64,000 nt of DNA from Caldisericota bacterium (GTDB lineage Bacteria > Caldisericota > Caldisericia > JAAYUI01). Below the pieces are notes generated by a model, which was given only the letters and a program-made list of their open reading frames with translations, searched no databases and was not told where the DNA came from. Location of the stretch: positions 192,001-256,000 of the forward strand of contig JAKPMO010000002.1 of assembly GCA_029548865.1 (NCBI GenBank). Direction: 5' to 3'. Every line of letters starts with the position of its first letter. Within the stretch, counting starts at the first letter, position 1. Below are positions 1-9,085 of this stretch, piece by piece. The position numbers and the translations under genes are program-made.

Positions 1-1203
1 GGGATTGTTATTGAAACATTGGCTTTAAATAGCATAGGTGAGCTTGACGAAAAAGAGGGACTTATCAGTGTTGGTGGTGGAGTAATATGGTCTCAGCTTG
101 ACTGGGAATTGAAGAAAAAGGGCTGGACGCTCAAGACATACCCCACTTCCTATAAATCATCCACTGTTGCTGGCTGGACCCAGACAGAAGGCCTTGGTGT
201 GGGAAGCCTCGCTTTTGGCTCCATAAAGAAACTGATAAAAGAGATCGAGGTTGTTCTTCCAAGCGGTGAGGTTGTATGGATCCCAAATGAAGGTCTCGTA
301 GAAACCAAATCAGGCAACCTGAAATTTGAAGATTTTATAAAGAGTGAAGGCATGATGGGCATCATTAGCTCTGTAAAACTGGAGGTAAGGCGACTTCCTG
401 AGTCCACTGTAACGTACCTCCTGAAATTCAAAGACAAAAATGATTTTGCACTGGTCTCTTCGCGACTGGCCGAGATTTCTTCAATATTTTTCATCGAGTT
501 TGTAAATGGCTCTTATATGGACTTGCTTGCGCAGTCAGGCCATCATACGCCAAAACATTTGAAGGAAGAGGTGTTTGCGGTTATTAGGCTTGAAGGCGGT
601 AAATCGGATGTTGAAAAGGGCGAGAAAGAGATTGCCGCGCTGCTTGCCGAACATACAGAAATTGCTCAGTTGCCACAGGAAGAAGCTGAGGAAGAGTACG
701 GCTACAGATTAAAATATTTCAGAATAAAGAACGCCTACTCATCGGTAACACCAGCAGATCTGTCTGTTCCGCTCTCAAATCTTGGGCAATACCTGGACAA
801 GGTTTCGCGCTTCAGGTTCGAATTTGCATATAAGGGCGAAATTCTAACAAAGGAGCAGTGCGGACTGATGTTTTTCTATGTCCTAGCAAACGAGCTCTCT
901 TTTGTCAGATTCATGTCGGCTGCACCGTACCAGATGGAATTTATCCTCTCTGCGATGAAAATGGGTGGCAGCCCAAACGGTGGGATTGGATTGCTCAATA
1001 CTCCTTATATTTTTGGGTTGAGAACGCAATCAGAAAGAGAAGCATTTATCCAAAAAAAAGAGATGTTTGACCAAAACTGGATAATGAACCCTGGCAAATG
1101 GACAGATCCACCGTTTTTCCTCCGGCCATCGATTTATTTTAGTGGAATGAAACTCCTGGAGCCGGTTTGCTGGCTTGTTGGCGGGATTGTGGGGAGGTGG
1201 TAG
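1..1203 (+). CDS. FAD-binding oxidoreductase (GlcD/D-lactate dehydrogenase-like), 5'-truncated by window edge
   Basis: Frame open from base 1; PCMH-type FAD motifs 'YPTSYKSSTVAGW' and 'SEGMMGIIS', C-terminal 'MNPGK'. Confidence 0.8.
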   Translation, partial: GIVIETLALNSIGELDEKEGLISVGGGVIWSQLDWELKKKGWTLKTYPTSYKSSTVAGWTQTEGLGVGSLAFGSIKKLIKEIEVVLPSGEVVWIPNEGLVETKSGNLKFEDFIKSEGMMGIISSVKLEVRRLPESTVTYLLKFKDKNDFALVSSRLAEISSIFFIEFVNGSYMDLLAQSGHHTPKHLKEEVFAVIRLEGGKSDVEKGEKEIAALLAEHTEIAQLPQEEAEEEYGYRLKYFRIKNAYSSVTPADLSVPLSNLGQYLDKVSRFRFEFAYKGEILTKEQCGLMFFYVLANELSFVRFMSAAPYQMEFILSAMKMGGSPNGGIGLLNTPYIFGLRTQSEREAFIQKKEMFDQNWIMNPGKWTDPPFFLRPSIYFSGMKLLEPVCWLVGGIVGRW

Positions 1204-1204
1204 C

Positions 1205-2407
1205 ATGAAAAAATATGCAGCCATTGAAAAACAGGTCAGAAAATGCATACAGTGTGGCTCATGCCGTGTGGAATGTCCCACTGGTGACGATGTTGGCTGG
1301 ATTTCATGTTCTCCAAGGGCAAAAGTCCTTTTTATAAGAGACTTTCTACTTGGCCGCAAACCCACAAAAGTCAAGATGTCGGAGGAATTTGCCCAGAGGC
1401 TTTTCCAGTGCACGCTTTGTGGAAGATGTGGCGTCGAGTGCATAACGGAAATCGATTTCCCCGAGGTCTGGTTTGAAATAAGGGAGCTGGTCCAGGATGA
1501 AGGTGTTAAACTCCCGATTGTGGAAATGGTCTCCGGAATTATCAAAGACACAAAGAATGTTGCCAACCAGCCAAACGATGACAGGCCGAACTGGCTCAAG
1601 AGGGCAAAACTTGCCTCCGATCCGACAAAAGTCGAAAAGGCCGATGTTGTGTACTATGTTGGGTGCATGAGTTCCTTTTATCCGCAGTCACAGAGCATGG
1701 CCAGGGCCTTTGCCCAGATATTGGAAGCATCAGGCACAAACTTCGCAATCATGGGAACGAGCGAGCATTGCTGCGGGTTTCCGATGATTTCAACCGGAAA
1801 AGTACATGAAGCCAAAGAGTTGATGTACCATAACCAGGAAGAGATAAAGAAATATGGCGCAAAAACTGTTGTGGCCACTTGTCCAGCCTGCACCAGCATG
1901 TGGAAGAAAGAATATCCAAAGCTCTCCGGCAAACCGAATGATTTTGAAGTGATGCATGCAACCCAGTTTGTCCTGAAGCTGATGAAGGAAAATAAGCTCA
2001 AGCTCATTCCGCCAAAGCAGGAAATACAGGTGACCTTCCATGATGGGTGTGATCTTGGAAGGAACGGCGGCGTTTATGACGAGCCAAGGGAAATACTTAA
2101 AATGCTCCCTGGCGTAATGTTCACCGAGCATTCTGAAAGCAAGGACATTTCGGTTTGCTGTGGCGCCGGTGGCGACCTGCTCATGACAAATCCTGAAATG
2201 GCCGACAGGATTGGACAAAAGAGGGCAAGGAGTCTTTCTGAGGTTGCGCCAGTTGCGGTGACCTGTTGCCCGTCCTGCAAAAAACAGCTCAAAGATGCAG
2301 CAAAACATGCCGAGGTCAAACTTGACACCAAAGACCTCCTGGAAATGGTTGCAGACATGCTTGAGAAACCCGAAAAACCAGAAAAGCCAGAGAAAACAGA
2401 AGCTTGA
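1205..2407 (+). CDS. Fe-S binding CCG-domain protein (GlcF/HdrD-like)
   Basis: Two CxxCxxCxxxC motifs and two CCG domains (HCCG...CPAC; VCCG...CPSC); ATG at 1205 after GGAGG. Confidence 0.85.
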   Translation: MKKYAAIEKQVRKCIQCGSCRVECPTGDDVGWISCSPRAKVLFIRDFLLGRKPTKVKMSEEFAQRLFQCTLCGRCGVECITEIDFPEVWFEIRELVQDEGVKLPIVEMVSGIIKDTKNVANQPNDDRPNWLKRAKLASDPTKVEKADVVYYVGCMSSFYPQSQSMARAFAQILEASGTNFAIMGTSEHCCGFPMISTGKVHEAKELMYHNQEEIKKYGAKTVVATCPACTSMWKKEYPKLSGKPNDFEVMHATQFVLKLMKENKLKLIPPKQEIQVTFHDGCDLGRNGGVYDEPREILKMLPGVMFTEHSESKDISVCCGAGGDLLMTNPEMADRIGQKRARSLSEVAPVAVTCCPSCKKQLKDAAKHAEVKLDTKDLLEMVADMLEKPEKPEKPEKTEA

Positions 2408-2426
2408 TATTTACACCTAAAAAGTC

Positions 2427-2460
2427 AAAGGCCCCCATGAACATGGGGGCCTTTTTTATT
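2427..2460 (+). terminator. Rho-independent terminator
   Basis: AAAGGCCCCCATG-aa-CATGGGGGCCTTT hairpin followed by T-tract. Confidence 0.85.
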
Positions 2461-2548
2461 TCTGGTTTTTTTATGCCTTGTTGCACAAAACAGCAAAACA
2501 AATCAAAATCAAAAAATACATTTCAGTAGAATGTATTTCAGTTGACAA

Positions 2549-3409
2549 ATGATAGACTACATCGACAAAATACAGGGTGCAATAAACTTTATGGAAGCAA
2601 GACTCAAGGAGAGAGTGGGGCTTGGTGATATTGCAAAAGAAGCCGGGTTTTCCTCTTTTCATTTCCACAGGATATTCCTTGCCAATGTCGGTGAAACGGT
2701 CACTGAGTATGTGAGAAAAAGAAGGCTTTCAGAAGCTGCGCGCGAGCTGATGGAAACCGACCACAGAATACTCGACATCGCTGTTGACTATCAATTTGAA
2801 AGCCAGCAGGCTTTCACAAGGGCCTTCAAAAAAATGTTTTTTGTACCTCCTGGGCGGTGCAGACGGGAGAAACCTGCTGTGCATCTGTTTTTCAGGAGAC
2901 GTTTGGACAGGGAAGGCCTAAGATTCCTGAGAGGAGGAGTAGTAGGAATGGAACCGAAAATTGTTGAACTTGGTGAAATAAAGGCTGTTGGAATCAGGTA
3001 TTATGGTGATAATAAAAATGGTGAGATAAAGCAAGTTTGGGACAAATTTAATAAAGATATGTGTTGCATGAAGAATGTTAGCAAGCCAGGAATAGCGCTT
3101 GGAATTTGTTCTATGATTGAGGGTGGTGACCCAGGGAAGTTTGAGTATGTTTGCTCCATGAAGGTTGACAATACCTCTGAGATACCAGATGGTATGGTTG
3201 CAAGAGTTCTTCCACCACACAAGTACCTTGTTTTTACCCACAAAGGAAAGCTCGACAACCTTGGCGAGACCTACAATTACATCTATCAGAACTGGATACC
3301 TAAATCAGGCCATGAGATTGATAGCTCGTTTGACTTTGAGCTCTATGACGACAGGTTCTGTTATGGCAAGGATGAATCAGAGTTTGACATCTATATCCCG
3401 ATAAAATAG
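2549..3409 (+). CDS. AraC-family transcriptional regulator with GyrI-like effector domain
   Basis: N-terminal 'GFSSFHFHRIF...YVRKRRL...FESQQAFTRAFKK'; C-terminal 'YLVFTHKG...DFELYD...IYIPIK'. Confidence 0.92.
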   Translation: MIDYIDKIQGAINFMEARLKERVGLGDIAKEAGFSSFHFHRIFLANVGETVTEYVRKRRLSEAARELMETDHRILDIAVDYQFESQQAFTRAFKKMFFVPPGRCRREKPAVHLFFRRRLDREGLRFLRGGVVGMEPKIVELGEIKAVGIRYYGDNKNGEIKQVWDKFNKDMCCMKNVSKPGIALGICSMIEGGDPGKFEYVCSMKVDNTSEIPDGMVARVLPPHKYLVFTHKGKLDNLGETYNYIYQNWIPKSGHEIDSSFDFELYDDRFCYGKDESEFDIYIPIK

Positions 3410-3437
3410 TTTAATAAACCACTTCAATACGTTTAAA

Positions 3438-3470
3438 AAAAGACCCCCATGAAAGTTATGGGGGTCTTTT
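3438..3470 (+). terminator. Rho-independent terminator
   Basis: AAAAGACCCCCAT...ATGGGGGTCTTTT hairpin; paralogous to the 2427 terminator. Confidence 0.85.
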
Positions 3471-3553
3471 GGTTTTAATCATTGTTACACGAAATAGCAA
3501 AATAAATCAGAACAAAAAAATCGTGCTCCTATAAAATGTGTCATAGTTGGCAG

Positions 3554-4426
3554 ATGATAGACTACATCGACAAAATACAGGGTGCAATAGATTTTGTGGA
3601 AGCAAAACTCAAAGAGGATGTCAGGCTTAACGATGTTGCTTTTGAAGCTGGTTTTTCATCCTTCCACTTCCACAGGATTTTCCTTGCCAATGTCGGTGAA
3701 ACGGTCACCGAGTATGTGAGAAAAAGAAGGCTTTCAGAAGCTGCGCGCGAGCTGATGGAAACCAATCGAAGAATACTTGATATTGCTGTCGACTATCAAT
3801 TTGAAAGCCAGGAGGCTTTCACAAGGGCCTTCAAAAAAATGTTTTTTATGTCTCCAGGACAGTGCAGACGGGAGAAACCTGCTATATGTCTATTCCTTAA
3901 GAGGTGCTTAGACAGAGAAGGCCTGAAATTCATGAGAGGAGAAAAAATAGAAGTGGAATCAAAAATACTCGAACTTGGTGAAGTAAAGGCCATTGGACTC
4001 AGATGTTATGGCGATGTTAGAGAAAATGGATTGAAACAAGAAATAAAACAACTTTGGGAGAAATTCAATAAAGTGGCAAGTTCCGTAAAAAACATAAGTA
4101 AGCCCGGTGTTGCGCTTGGAATTTGTTCAATGATTGAGGGTGAGGAGCCATATATAATGGAATACGTTTGCTCTATGAAAGTCGATGATTTCTCGGATGT
4201 GCCTCGAGGAATGGTTATCAGAAAACTCTCTCCTCAAAAATATGCTGTTTTTACGCATAAAGGTAAGCTTGATAAAGTTGGGCAAACCTATGATTATATA
4301 TATCAAACATGGCTTCCCCAGTCAGGATGCGAACTCATTGATGCTCCTGATTTTGAATTATACGACGATCGGTTTGCTCCTGATAAGGATGAGTCAGAAT
4401 TTGATATCTATATCTCGATAAAATAG
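3554..4426 (+). CDS. AraC-family transcriptional regulator with GyrI-like domain (tandem paralog)
   Basis: Same N-terminus MIDYIDKIQGAI as 2549..3409; start placed at ATG 3554. Confidence 0.92.
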   Translation: MIDYIDKIQGAIDFVEAKLKEDVRLNDVAFEAGFSSFHFHRIFLANVGETVTEYVRKRRLSEAARELMETNRRILDIAVDYQFESQEAFTRAFKKMFFMSPGQCRREKPAICLFLKRCLDREGLKFMRGEKIEVESKILELGEVKAIGLRCYGDVRENGLKQEIKQLWEKFNKVASSVKNISKPGVALGICSMIEGEEPYIMEYVCSMKVDDFSDVPRGMVIRKLSPQKYAVFTHKGKLDKVGQTYDYIYQTWLPQSGCELIDAPDFELYDDRFAPDKDESEFDIYISIK

Positions 4427-4450
4427 AATCCTGGATTTAGCAAAAAATTG

Positions 4451-4476
4451 AGGGGATGGTTTTCCATCCCCTTTTT
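4451..4476 (+). terminator. Rho-independent terminator
   Basis: AGGGGATGG-tttt-CCATCCCCT followed by T-tract. Confidence 0.85.
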
Positions 4477-4527
4477 CCATATAATCACACCATTGCTTTT
4501 TCTTTAATGTAACCAATTTAAGAGCTA

Positions 4528-4556
4528 TTGACAAAATTATATTTCTGAGTTAATTT
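4528..4556 (+). promoter_or_regulatory. sigma70 promoter of the sulfur-relay operon
   Basis: TTGACA-N17-TAATTT. Confidence 0.7.
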
Positions 4557-4564
4557 TGTGGCAA

Positions 4565-4581
4565 ATACCCCATAGGGGTAT
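4565..4581. promoter_or_regulatory. CsoR/CstR-family operator
   Basis: Palindrome ATACCCC-ATA-GGGGTAT between -10 and RBS; TAC-C-tract/G-tract-GTA form typical of CsoR/RcnR-family operators. Confidence 0.7.
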
Positions 4582-4593
4582 AAAGGAGGTTGC

Positions 4594-5073
4594 ATGGCCG
4601 AGAAAGCTACCATCGTAGTGTTTTCTGGTGATCTTGACAAAGTGCTGGCCGCTTTTGTCATAGCCACGGGTTGCGCTGCCCAGGGCATGGAAGTAACGAT
4701 GTTTTATACCTTTTGGGGGCTTAATGTTGTCAAGAAGGACAAAGGCCCAATAGCAGGTGCCAAAAACTGGATGCAGAAAATGATGGGGATGATGAACAGG
4801 GGTGGCATAAGCAGATTGCCACTGTCAAAATTCAACATGGCAGGAATGGGCAGATCAATGATGAAAAAATTGATGAAAAAAACAAACGTGGCCTCACTTA
4901 GCGAAATGCTTGCGATGGCAAGAGACCTTGACGTAAAGATGTGGGCGTGCAAGATGAGCATGGATGTCATGGGTGTGGCAAAAGAAGACTTGATACCAGA
5001 AGTGGACAAGATTGTTGGTGTTGCCGCATACGCAGCAGAAGCACAACAATCCAAAATCAATCTTTTCATCTGA
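4594..5073 (+). CDS. DsrE/DsrF/DrsH-like family protein (DsrE2 type)
   Basis: 'IVVFSGDLDK...MFYTFWGL...ACKMSMDVMG' signature; AAGGAGG RBS. Confidence 0.88.
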   Translation: MAEKATIVVFSGDLDKVLAAFVIATGCAAQGMEVTMFYTFWGLNVVKKDKGPIAGAKNWMQKMMGMMNRGGISRLPLSKFNMAGMGRSMMKKLMKKTNVASLSEMLAMARDLDVKMWACKMSMDVMGVAKEDLIPEVDKIVGVAAYAAEAQQSKINLFI

Positions 5074-5087
5074 GGAAGGAGCCATAA

Positions 5088-5321
5088 ATGAACTTCGATG
5101 TTGAACTAAATACGCTTGGAATGCAATGCCCGGTGCCGATAGTCAAGACGGCAAAGAAGATGAAAGAACTACAAATTGGGCAGATCCTGAAAGTGATCTC
5201 TGATGATGAGGGCATAAAAGAGGACATGCCGGCATGGTGCAAGACAACCGGCAATGAATTCCTTGGCCTTGAGGAATCAGGTGGCCAGTACACTGTTTAC
5301 GTCAAGAAGGTGGTAGGGTGA
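5088..5321 (+). CDS. tusA: Sulfurtransferase TusA family protein
   Basis: 'LGMQCPVP' CPxP motif, 'DMPAWC', 77 aa. Confidence 0.9.
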   Translation: MNFDVELNTLGMQCPVPIVKTAKKMKELQIGQILKVISDDEGIKEDMPAWCKTTGNEFLGLEESGGQYTVYVKKVVG

Positions 5322-5668
5322 AATTAGGGATCGTTGTTCTTACTACGCCGTACACTTTTCAGAACATGGACACAGCCATTTCACTTGCAGGTGCTGCGCT
5401 TGAAAAGGGCCACCAGGCCATGATCTTTTTGTACATGGACGGTGTTATAGCCGCATCAAACCTCATCAAGCCTGGAAATGACAGGAGCATCCCGATAAAG
5501 ATGCAGTCACTTATTGAAAAGGGTGTCAAAATAACGCCTTGTGGTGTTTGTTGTAATTACAGGGGCGTTCGCCAGGCGGACAGCCAGCCAGGCATCAAGC
5601 ATGCTGGCATTGCGGCCCTTGGTCAACTCGTGAGCGAGTGCGATAGGGTTTTGACATTGGGGTTCTAA
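5318..5668 (+). CDS. DsrE/TusD family sulfur relay protein
   Basis: 'PY...IFLYMDGV...CGVCCNYRG'; GTG start overlapping the tusA stop. Confidence 0.82.
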   Translation: MKLGIVVLTTPYTFQNMDTAISLAGAALEKGHQAMIFLYMDGVIAASNLIKPGNDRSIPIKMQSLIEKGVKITPCGVCCNYRGVRQADSQPGIKHAGIAALGQLVSECDRVLTLGF

Positions 5669-5671
5669 AAG

Positions 5672-6028
5672 ATGGCAAAAAAAGTTGCAATCGTTGTTTC
5701 AAAAGCGCCATATGGCTCAGCAATCATGGGTGAGGCATTCAGGGCGGCCATGGGTCTTCCCTCTGTTGGTTTGGAAACCAACGTTGTTCTTGAGGGAGAC
5801 GCAGTGTTCGCACTTCTAAAAGACCAAAAGCCGAAAGAAGCTCTGGATTTCGGGAGCCTTCATGATGCGTGGCTGCAATTTGAGGACTATGGGTTCAGCC
5901 TTTTTGTTCACAAGCCTTCGGTTGAAGCCAGGGGATTGACCTGTGAACAGCTTTCTCATTGCCAGACACTGGATGATTCCGAATTCAAAAAGATGCTCCG
6001 CGACATGGATGCGATATTGAGGTTCTGA
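5672..6028 (+). CDS. DsrF/TusC family sulfur relay protein
   Basis: 'KAPYGS...GDAV...SVEARG'; position between DsrE- and DsrH-like genes. Confidence 0.78.
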   Translation: MAKKVAIVVSKAPYGSAIMGEAFRAAMGLPSVGLETNVVLEGDAVFALLKDQKPKEALDFGSLHDAWLQFEDYGFSLFVHKPSVEARGLTCEQLSHCQTLDDSEFKKMLRDMDAILRF

Positions 6029-6029
6029 C

Positions 6030-6332
6030 ATGGAAAAGAAAATGTTTATAATGCTGACAAAATCTCCATACGGGTGTGAAGAAGGCAAAATAAGGATTTC
6101 AAACGCGCTTGCCGGAGATGTGGTAGTGTTTGCCCAGGATTCGGTCTATGCGGCAACAAATCCGCCAGGCGAGCTTGCAGAATTGGTCAAGTCCAAAATG
6201 TCAGAAGGAATAAAGTTTTATGCCTCTGGGCCTGATTGCAAAGCCAGAGGTGTTGAGCCAAAATTTGGTATAAAACAAATTGGTTATCCTGAAATGATTG
6301 ATCTGATAATGGAGCGCCAGCTCTCGTATTAG
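6030..6332 (+). CDS. DsrH/TusB family sulfur relay protein
   Basis: 'KSP...QDSVYA...DCKARG...IGYPEMIDLI'. Confidence 0.8.
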   Translation: MEKKMFIMLTKSPYGCEEGKIRISNALAGDVVVFAQDSVYAATNPPGELAELVKSKMSEGIKFYASGPDCKARGVEPKFGIKQIGYPEMIDLIMERQLSY

Positions 6333-6499
6333 AGTGACAGGTGGAACAGGGCAAAGCTGAACTCAATAAGGTTTTGCCCTGTATAACACAATTTCCGAAA
6401 ACCACTTCTTAAGAAAGAAACAGTTATTTTTTTATTTGTCCTGATAGGCATTCATTTTTTTGGCAATATCCAGGCCCCATGTTTTTGCCTGTTTTTTAT

Positions 6500-6528
6500 T
6501 TGACAAAACACAGTGGCATCTATAAACT
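6500..6528 (+). promoter_or_regulatory. sigma70 promoter of rpsB operon
   Basis: TTGACA-N17-TAAACT. Confidence 0.7.
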
Positions 6529-6534
6529 GGCTTA

Positions 6535-6613
6535 GTTACAAAACGCACATCGCGAAGGCTTTCGGTGAAAGTAAAAACAAGTCGCGATGGAGGCAAAACC
6601 GAAAGGAGCATCA
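6535..6613 (+). promoter_or_regulatory. rpsB (uS2) autoregulatory leader RNA
   Basis: Helix CATCGCGA(6548-55)/TCGCGATG(6582-89) followed by GGAGGCAAAACC, as in S2 leaders. Confidence 0.6.
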
Positions 6614-7468
6614 ATGAGCGTAGTAAACATGAAACACCTGCTTGAGGCAGGAGTGCACTTCGGCCACCAGACAAAGAGGTGGAACCCCAAAATGCGTCCA
6701 TTTATTTTTACGGCACGCAATGGAATTCACATTATTGATCTTAGAATCACAGCTGAAAAATGCGAGCAGGCGTATGCCACAGTGAGGCAGATTGCCCAAT
6801 CAGGCGGAAACATTGTTTTTGTCGGCACAAAGAAACAGGCCCAGGACATAGTAAAAGACGAGGCAAAAAGGTGTGGGGCCCATTATGTGAACCAGCGCTG
6901 GTTTGGCGGAACACTCACCAATTTCATCACAATCCATACCAGGATTGAAAAACTCCGCGAGCTTGAAGAAAAAGAAGTCACCGGCGAGCTGAAGCGTCTT
7001 CCAATCAAGGAATATATGGGCTACAAGAAGGAAAGAGAGAAACTCCAGAAGTTCCTCGATGGACTTCGCAATATGGACACTCTTCCGCAGGCCATTTTTG
7101 TCACTGATACCCACAAGGACCGTGCCGCAATAATCGAAGCCCGCAAGCAGAATATTACCGTAATAGCCATTGTGGACACCAACTCTGATCCTGATGAAAT
7201 TGACATCCCGATCCCAGGCAATGACGATGCCATCCGTTCAATAAAATTCTTCACCCAGCTGATTGCAAGCGCCATGATCGAAGGACGCGAGGGTGTTGAT
7301 GTAATGAGACCATCAGAGGAAGACGAAGAAGAGAGCGAAACGGTTTCGATGGAAGAAGTTGTTGCACAGGAAGTCTTGATAGACAATATAGAGAATTTCG
7401 ATGGCTCGGAAGAAGTCAAAAAACCTGATGTCGAAGTCAAATATTCCCAATATGACGAGGAGGAATAG
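6614..7468 (+). CDS. rpsB: 30S ribosomal protein S2
   Basis: 'LLEAGVHFGHQTKRWNPKM', 'PGNDDAIRS'; ATG 6614 after AAAGGAG; acidic tail. Confidence 0.98.
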   Translation: MSVVNMKHLLEAGVHFGHQTKRWNPKMRPFIFTARNGIHIIDLRITAEKCEQAYATVRQIAQSGGNIVFVGTKKQAQDIVKDEAKRCGAHYVNQRWFGGTLTNFITIHTRIEKLRELEEKEVTGELKRLPIKEYMGYKKEREKLQKFLDGLRNMDTLPQAIFVTDTHKDRAAIIEARKQNITVIAIVDTNSDPDEIDIPIPGNDDAIRSIKFFTQLIASAMIEGREGVDVMRPSEEDEEESETVSMEEVVAQEVLIDNIENFDGSEEVKKPDVEVKYSQYDEEE

Positions 7469-7473
7469 CCCAG

Positions 7474-8337
7474 ATGGAAAATACTTCTGAACTTATAAAA
7501 GCACTAAGAGAGCGCACTGGCGCTGGAATTATGGAGTGCAAGAAGGCCCTCACTGAAACAAAAGGCGATCTTGAAAAGGCAATTGACCTTCTCAGGCAGA
7601 AAGGCATTGCAAAGGCCGCAAAGAAGGCCGAGAGGGAAACCTCTGAAGGCAGGATTGGAACTGCAACCTCTTCTGACAGGAAGCGCGTTTCATTCGTAAA
7701 GCTTTCATGTGAAACAGATTTTGTTGCCAAAAACGAGCTTTTTGCAGACCTGGTAAACAATATCGCAAAGGCTGTTCTTGATGCAAACACTGATGACATC
7801 AACAAAATCCTTGCTCTTCCATACCCAGGTGGCAAGGGCAGCATTGATGAGCAGATAAAAGAACTGATCGGCAAGATCGGTGAAAATATGCAGCTGCAGG
7901 AAGCAACGATCATCGATGCTCAAAAAGGCATCATTGATGTCTATGCTCACCTTGGCAACAAGCTTGCCGTAATGGTCGAGATTCATTCTGACAAACAGGA
8001 CGTGGAGGAGTTGACAAAACTTGCCCACGAGCTGGCGATGCAGATCGCAATTGACAACCCAGACTATGTTTGCAGGGAAGAAGTCCCGACAGACGTTGTT
8101 GACAGGGAACGTGAAGTTATAAAAGCCAGCCCAGAACTTGCATCAAAGCCTGATGCAGTAAAGGAAAAAATCGTGGACGGAAAGCTTGGCGCTTTCTTCG
8201 GAACATGCTGCCTGCTTGAACTCCCATACATGCGTGATGGTAGCATCAAGATCAAGGACATTGTTTCCGAAACTTCCAAGAAACTTGGCGCAAAAGTCGA
8301 CGTCATTTGCTTCAAGAGGGCCTCAATCGGTAAATAA
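7474..8337 (+). CDS. tsf: Translation elongation factor Ts
   Basis: '[16 protein letters not shown]', 'CETDFVA'. Confidence 0.97.
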   Translation: MENTSELIKALRERTGAGIMECKKALTETKGDLEKAIDLLRQKGIAKAAKKAERETSEGRIGTATSSDRKRVSFVKLSCETDFVAKNELFADLVNNIAKAVLDANTDDINKILALPYPGGKGSIDEQIKELIGKIGENMQLQEATIIDAQKGIIDVYAHLGNKLAVMVEIHSDKQDVEELTKLAHELAMQIAIDNPDYVCREEVPTDVVDREREVIKASPELASKPDAVKEKIVDGKLGAFFGTCCLLELPYMRDGSIKIKDIVSETSKKLGAKVDVICFKRASIGK

Positions 8338-8339
8338 CC

Positions 8340-9083
8340 ATGGGAGACCCAGCGCACAGTCAGCTTAAGCCGAAATACAAAAGGATTCTGCTAAAGCTAT
8401 CCGGCGAAGCGCTTTTAGGCGAACAGCCCTATGGCATTGATATAAAATATATCAATGATGTATCAAAAATACTTATCGACCTCCACAACAACGGTGTGGA
8501 GGTCGCTATTGTAGTTGGGGGCGGAAATATCTGGAGGGGTTCAGCTGGTGTTGCGCTTGGAATGGACCAGGTTCAGGCCGACTATATGGGCATGCTTGCA
8601 ACGGTCATGAATGGCCTTGCACTCCAGACAGTCATAGAAAAACTTGGTGTACCCACAAGATTGCAAACTGCAATAGCCATGCATGAGATTGCAGAGCCTT
8701 TCATCCAGAGGAGGGCGATCAGGCACCTTGAAAAGGGCAGAATCGTCATCTTTGCGGCAGGGACCGGAAATCCGTTCTTCACATCGGACACTGCCGCAGC
8801 TTTGAGGGCGGCGGAGGTTCGAGCTGATTGCCTTCTCAAAGCAACGAAAACTGATGGCATATACACTGATGATCCAGCCAAAAAAAGGGACGACATCAAG
8901 AAACTCACAAATATATCCTACACGAAGATCTTGGCCGACAACCTGAGGGTCATGGATGGTGCAGCCGTATCAATTTGCAGGGACAATAAAATTCCAATAA
9001 TTGTGTTTTCTATAGCTGAACCTGAAAATATCTACAAAGTTGTTATGGGTGAAGAAATAGGTTCAATAGTGGAAGGGGGCTAA
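8340..9083 (+). CDS. pyrH: UMP kinase
   Basis: 'LLKLSGEAL', 'GGGNIWRG', '[10 protein letters not shown]'. Confidence 0.97.
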   Translation: MGDPAHSQLKPKYKRILLKLSGEALLGEQPYGIDIKYINDVSKILIDLHNNGVEVAIVVGGGNIWRGSAGVALGMDQVQADYMGMLATVMNGLALQTVIEKLGVPTRLQTAIAMHEIAEPFIQRRAIRHLEKGRIVIFAAGTGNPFFTSDTAAALRAAEVRADCLLKATKTDGIYTDDPAKKRDDIKKLTNISYTKILADNLRVMDGAAVSICRDNKIPIIVFSIAEPENIYKVVMGEEIGSIVEGG

Positions 9084-9085
9084 AT

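Noticed and set aside
2363..2404. KPE tripeptide repeat at the protein end
   Set aside because: Short low-complexity tail
6346..6382. Hairpin ACAGGGCAAAGC/GTTTTGCCCTGT as an ncRNA
   Set aside because: Single stem after dsrH; more likely a 3' stabilising or termination structure
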